DNA of 63,700 bases, the filler included, from Bacteroidales bacterium (GTDB taxonomy: Bacteria > Bacteroidota > Bacteroidia > Bacteroidales > CAIWKO01), in assembly GCA_035389045.1 (NCBI GenBank). It is 3 parts of 3 records of this genome, joined end to end, with 100 filler letters (N's around TTAATTAATTAA, not from the genome) between each part and the next. Parts side by side here need not be neighbours in the genome. Positions count along the whole stretch, not along the records: positions 46,376 to 63,700 come from DAOORA010000080.1; 2 more parts are not named here. One strand, 5' to 3'. Numbering within the stretch: position 1 is the stretch's first letter; every line of letters starts with the position of its first letter. Shown in pieces: positions 60,616 to 63,700 of the stretch. The notes under the pieces were generated by a model. That model was not told the origin of the DNA. It did no database searches and worked only from the letters and a program-made list of their open reading frames with translations. A program made the translations under genes and the position numbers.

Positions 60616-60738
60616 TTATTTTGTAGCATGTTTTTTTTCATAATACCTGATAAACCGGAGGATAAGCCAGTAGTTAACCATAATGAAGGCTGGCCAGCTC
60701 AGATACCAGAGAACCGATGTTAATAGTGAATTATACAT
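60616..60738 (-). CDS. Unannotated 40-aa single-TM protein, candidate small subunit of cytochrome bd (CydS/CydX-like role)
   Basis: Hand translation MYNSLLTSVLWYLSWPAFIMVNYWLILRFIRYYEKKHATK*; starts 6 nt after the cydB stop and fills the gap to Rrf2. Confidence 0.7.
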   Translation of the reverse strand: MYNSLLTSVLWYLSWPAFIMVNYWLILRFIRYYEKKHATK

Positions 60739-60744
60739 TTTTAT

Positions 60745-61875
60745 TTAGTATTTGTGATCCGAACCTGACATTTCATGTTTACTGATTTTTTTCTTGTTGA
60801 TTGCTTTCCAGGCAAAATAAATATAGAGTGTGACAAAGGGAATAAAAAGTGAGACATAGCTCATTATGGTCAGTGTATATTCACTAGATGAGCTGTTTTC
60901 GATGGTTAACGAACTCTGCAGATCGGCTGAAGACGGATAGAAGCAGGTATTGTTCAATCCGGCGATCAGCAGTAAGGCCAGAACAGTCATAATAGTGCCG
61001 GATCCTGAAAACCATATTCCTTTATTATTTTTCCATAAAGCCGTAATTATAATTCCGGTTAGTACAAGTATTACCCCTGAAATAAAAATTAACAAGGTAA
61101 GCGGCATATCGATCAGGTTGTTGAAATATTTGTTGGGTTCCAATAATACTTGACCTGAATTAGTGTCATATGCAAATCCATCGTTCAGGAAGAGCATCAT
61201 AATGAAGGTAAGAAAGAATATCAGAAAGATCACCGTGTTGTATACGACCTGTTTACGCGAACGTTCAGCAATAGCTGAATCGTCAATGGTGTTAATGAAA
61301 TACAAGGCGCCAAGTATACGCGCCAGCGAAAAAACAGCAAGTCCCAGGGCAACATTCTGAAAGTTAAACAAGGCTTCGAGTCCTCTGGTTTTATGGAGCC
61401 ATTGCACCTGGTTCAGCTCATTAAGCCTGAATTCAGACCCTGTAAAAAATGTCCCTACGGCCACGCCGATAAGGAAAATGCCTATACTGCCGTTAATGTA
61501 TAAAAAGATCTCATAGGTTTTAGCGCCCAGAAAATTTCCCGGTTTTTTTCTGAATTCATACGAAACGGCCTGAATTATAAAACAAAACAATATAGCTATC
61601 CATAACCAATAGGCGCCACCAAAACTGCATGCATAGAATTTAGGGAAAGCGGCAAATATGGCTCCGCCAAAAGTTACCAGAGTGGTAAAAGTAAATTCCC
61701 ATTTACGGCCTGTGGCATTGATCAGCATGGTTTTTTCTTCTTCATTACCTGCAACAGTTCCTATAAGTGTCTGCCCGCCTTGCACAAAACTGAGAAAAAC
61801 CAGGATGGCGCCAAGCAACGATACAATTACCCACCAGTATTGCTGCAGAAATAACCAGGTGCAGTTTTCAAACAT
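60745..61875 (-). CDS. cydB: Cytochrome bd ubiquinol oxidase subunit II
   Basis: 'FVQGGQ', 'GRKWEFTFTTLVTFGGA.FA.FP..Y', 'SLTI.NSSSS.YTL..M'; ATG 61875 overlaps the cydA end. Confidence 0.93.
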   Translation of the reverse strand: MFENCTWLFLQQYWWVIVSLLGAILVFLSFVQGGQTLIGTVAGNEEEKTMLINATGRKWEFTFTTLVTFGGAIFAAFPKFYACSFGGAYWLWIAILFCFIIQAVSYEFRKKPGNFLGAKTYEIFLYINGSIGIFLIGVAVGTFFTGSEFRLNELNQVQWLHKTRGLEALFNFQNVALGLAVFSLARILGALYFINTIDDSAIAERSRKQVVYNTVIFLIFFLTFIMMLFLNDGFAYDTNSGQVLLEPNKYFNNLIDMPLTLLIFISGVILVLTGIIITALWKNNKGIWFSGSGTIMTVLALLLIAGLNNTCFYPSSADLQSSLTIENSSSSEYTLTIMSYVSLFIPFVTLYIYFAWKAINKKKISKHEMSGSDHKY

Positions 61876-63409
61876 TTTCACCTCCTTCAGGCCCTTTTTT
61901 GATCTGGGTCAGCATGATTTTTACTTCAGCGATTAACAAAATAGTGAACAATACCGCAAAGAGAAAAAAAGTGGTCATCACGGCGGTAGCGTCTATATGG
62001 GTTGTGGCTACCGACACGGGGAGCAAATCCTGAATGGCCCAGGGTTGCCTGCCCACCTCAGCGACAACCCATCCGCTTTCCGAAGCAACAAACCCCAAGG
62101 GAAGAAAACAAATCAGTATTTTTAATAAAAACTTTTTATTACTGAGTTTGTTTTTTATTGACAAATATAAGGTTACGATAAACAATAAAATAAATAGAAA
62201 CCCCAGGCCTGCCATGATATGAAAACTGTAAAAAGTCAGCGGCACATTGGGTATAATGCTGTCGGGATCGTTCAGGTACCCGTAACCCATGTAGTGTGAG
62301 TTTTCTCTGAAGACCTTCAGGGCTGAATCAGCGGCTGTCTTGTTGTTCATTTTGTAAAAATTCCGGAACGATCCTAATGCAGAAATGGCCAGACGCCCTT
62401 TTTGCATCTTTTCTGTTACAGGTATTATGTTTTTCTCCTTATTGCCGTCGACCAGGTCTTTAATACCGGGTACAAAAGCATCGGACTGGCGGTAGCCCAG
62501 CAGGGAAAGCATTTTAGGGACTTCAAATTTAAAATGGAAATTATCCTCTTTGTCCTTATGTGCATCTGATCTGGGTACTCCGAAAATGATCAGCCCTGCG
62601 CCTTCTTTTCCCTGGTACAGTCCCTCCATGGCTGCCAGTTTCACCGGTTGTTTCTGTGCAACCAGGTAGGATGAACCGTCGCCTGTGATGGCTACAAACA
62701 AGGCAGATGTCAGCCCGAAAACCGAGGCGATGACAATACTTTTTTTTGCCAGCAGCAGTTCGCGTTTTTTCAGAAGATACCAGGCGCTGACACAGATAAT
62801 AAATAATGCGGCGACAACATAAGACGAAGTGATGGTGTGCAGGAACTTGTTAACAGCAACCGGCGAAAGTAAAACTTCCCAAAAATTCAGCATTTCACTG
62901 CGGGCGGTTTCGGGATTAAAGTGCATACCCACAGGATATTGCATCCAGGAGTTCGCAACAAGTATCCATAAGGCCGAAAGGCTGGCGCCGAAAGCAACTA
63001 ACCACGATGAAGCAAGATGGAATTTTTTGCTTACTTTATTCCAGCCAAAAAACATTACTGCTATGAACGTAGATTCAAGGAAAAATGCAAATATACCCTC
63101 TATGGCCAGCGGAGCCCCGAAAATATCGCCAACAAACCAGGAATAATTTGACCAGTTGGTTCCAAACTCGAATTCCAGGATGATACCGGTGGCAACACCA
63201 ATGGCAAAATTAATTCCGAATAGTTTCATCCAGAATTTTGTTATGCGTTTCCATTCTTCCTTCCCTGTTCTGACATAAATGCTTTCCATTATAGCAATAA
63301 TAAATGACAGGCCCAGGGTGAGCGGAACAAAAAACCAGTGGTATATAGCGGTAAGCGCAAATTGTGCCCGCGACCAGTCAACCAAAGCGATATCAATAGT
63401 TCCGGTCAT
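61868..63409 (-). CDS. cydA: Cytochrome bd ubiquinol oxidase subunit I
   Basis: 'R.QFALTA.YH', 'EFEFGTNW', 'QP.KLAAME', 'EVGRQPW'. Confidence 0.96.
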   Translation of the reverse strand: MTGTIDIALVDWSRAQFALTAIYHWFFVPLTLGLSFIIAIMESIYVRTGKEEWKRITKFWMKLFGINFAIGVATGIILEFEFGTNWSNYSWFVGDIFGAPLAIEGIFAFFLESTFIAVMFFGWNKVSKKFHLASSWLVAFGASLSALWILVANSWMQYPVGMHFNPETARSEMLNFWEVLLSPVAVNKFLHTITSSYVVAALFIICVSAWYLLKKRELLLAKKSIVIASVFGLTSALFVAITGDGSSYLVAQKQPVKLAAMEGLYQGKEGAGLIIFGVPRSDAHKDKEDNFHFKFEVPKMLSLLGYRQSDAFVPGIKDLVDGNKEKNIIPVTEKMQKGRLAISALGSFRNFYKMNNKTAADSALKVFRENSHYMGYGYLNDPDSIIPNVPLTFYSFHIMAGLGFLFILLFIVTLYLSIKNKLSNKKFLLKILICFLPLGFVASESGWVVAEVGRQPWAIQDLLPVSVATTHIDATAVMTTFFLFAVLFTILLIAEVKIMLTQIKKGPEGGENV

Positions 63410-63412
63410 ATT

Positions 63413-63643
63413 TTATTTGCTATTGTTTATTAAAAGTTGCTCCATAACGAAATCTCCTTTCTGCGAGTCTGTGGTAAACCTGGAATTTAAATAATCCGGA
63501 AAGAAAAAAATCCGGAGGACGATGAAAATGATGAATAACTTGATAAAAATAATAGTCCAGAGTTTTTTTCCTATGGTCATATTACGAAAACCGTCGTAAT
63601 AAAAATGAAAAATACCATGTACTATGATAACAATTTTACTCAT
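63413..63643 (-). CDS. DUF4492-like small membrane protein preceding cydA
   Basis: 'FY.DGFRNMT.GKKLW.II.IKLFIIF..LR.FFFP'; start uncertain (63643 or 63661). Confidence 0.85.
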   Translation of the reverse strand: MSKIVIIVHGIFHFYYDGFRNMTIGKKLWTIIFIKLFIIFIVLRIFFFPDYLNSRFTTDSQKGDFVMEQLLINNSK

Positions 63644-63700
63644 AATTCTTGAGTTTGACACCTCAGAAGTCTATCTTGCTGAAAACATGAGTTTTAACAA

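Overview
Bacteroidota DNA, probably an environmental Bacteroidales. The evidence is TAnnTTTG promoter boxes, type IX secretion (T9SS) C-terminal domains, Bacteroidota-type purM/hutU/DUF4492-cydAB and the tmRNA tag GNDYNYALAA. The window is NOT contiguous: two 100-bp N44-TTAATTAATTAA-N44 linkers (23099-23198, 46276-46375) join three pieces, and two plain 100-N gaps lie in piece 1. Piece 1 (1-23098) is a surface-glycan locus. It has Wzm/Wzt export, a double GT2, a radical SAM enzyme, an amino-sugar module (FdtA, DegT, ArnC-like GT2, GT-C-like protein), an MBOAT/AlgJ-like/acyl-AMP ligase/ACP acylation module, a MITE and a terminal heptamer array. Piece 2 (23199-46275) carries tmRNA, acpH, hutU, pyrC and a candidate extracellular nucleic-acid uptake cluster (two T9SS OB-fold paralogs, DUF5689-like lipoprotein, TonB-dependent receptor, EEP nuclease). 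It also carries an S8 protease, a second MITE and the most unusual locus: an ECF sigma factor, then an anti-sigma-like protein fused through a long linker to a PorP/SprF-type beta-barrel, then a small lipoprotein that is mostly a type-B T9SS sorting domain. Piece 3 (46376-63700) has secDF, a PorE-like OmpA protein with a degenerate retropepsin tail, purM-prfA-pyrF, ilvE and a DUF4492-cydAB-(unannotated 40-aa ORF)-Rrf2-FeS-hcp cluster. All family assignments come from motif recognition by eye; no searches were run.
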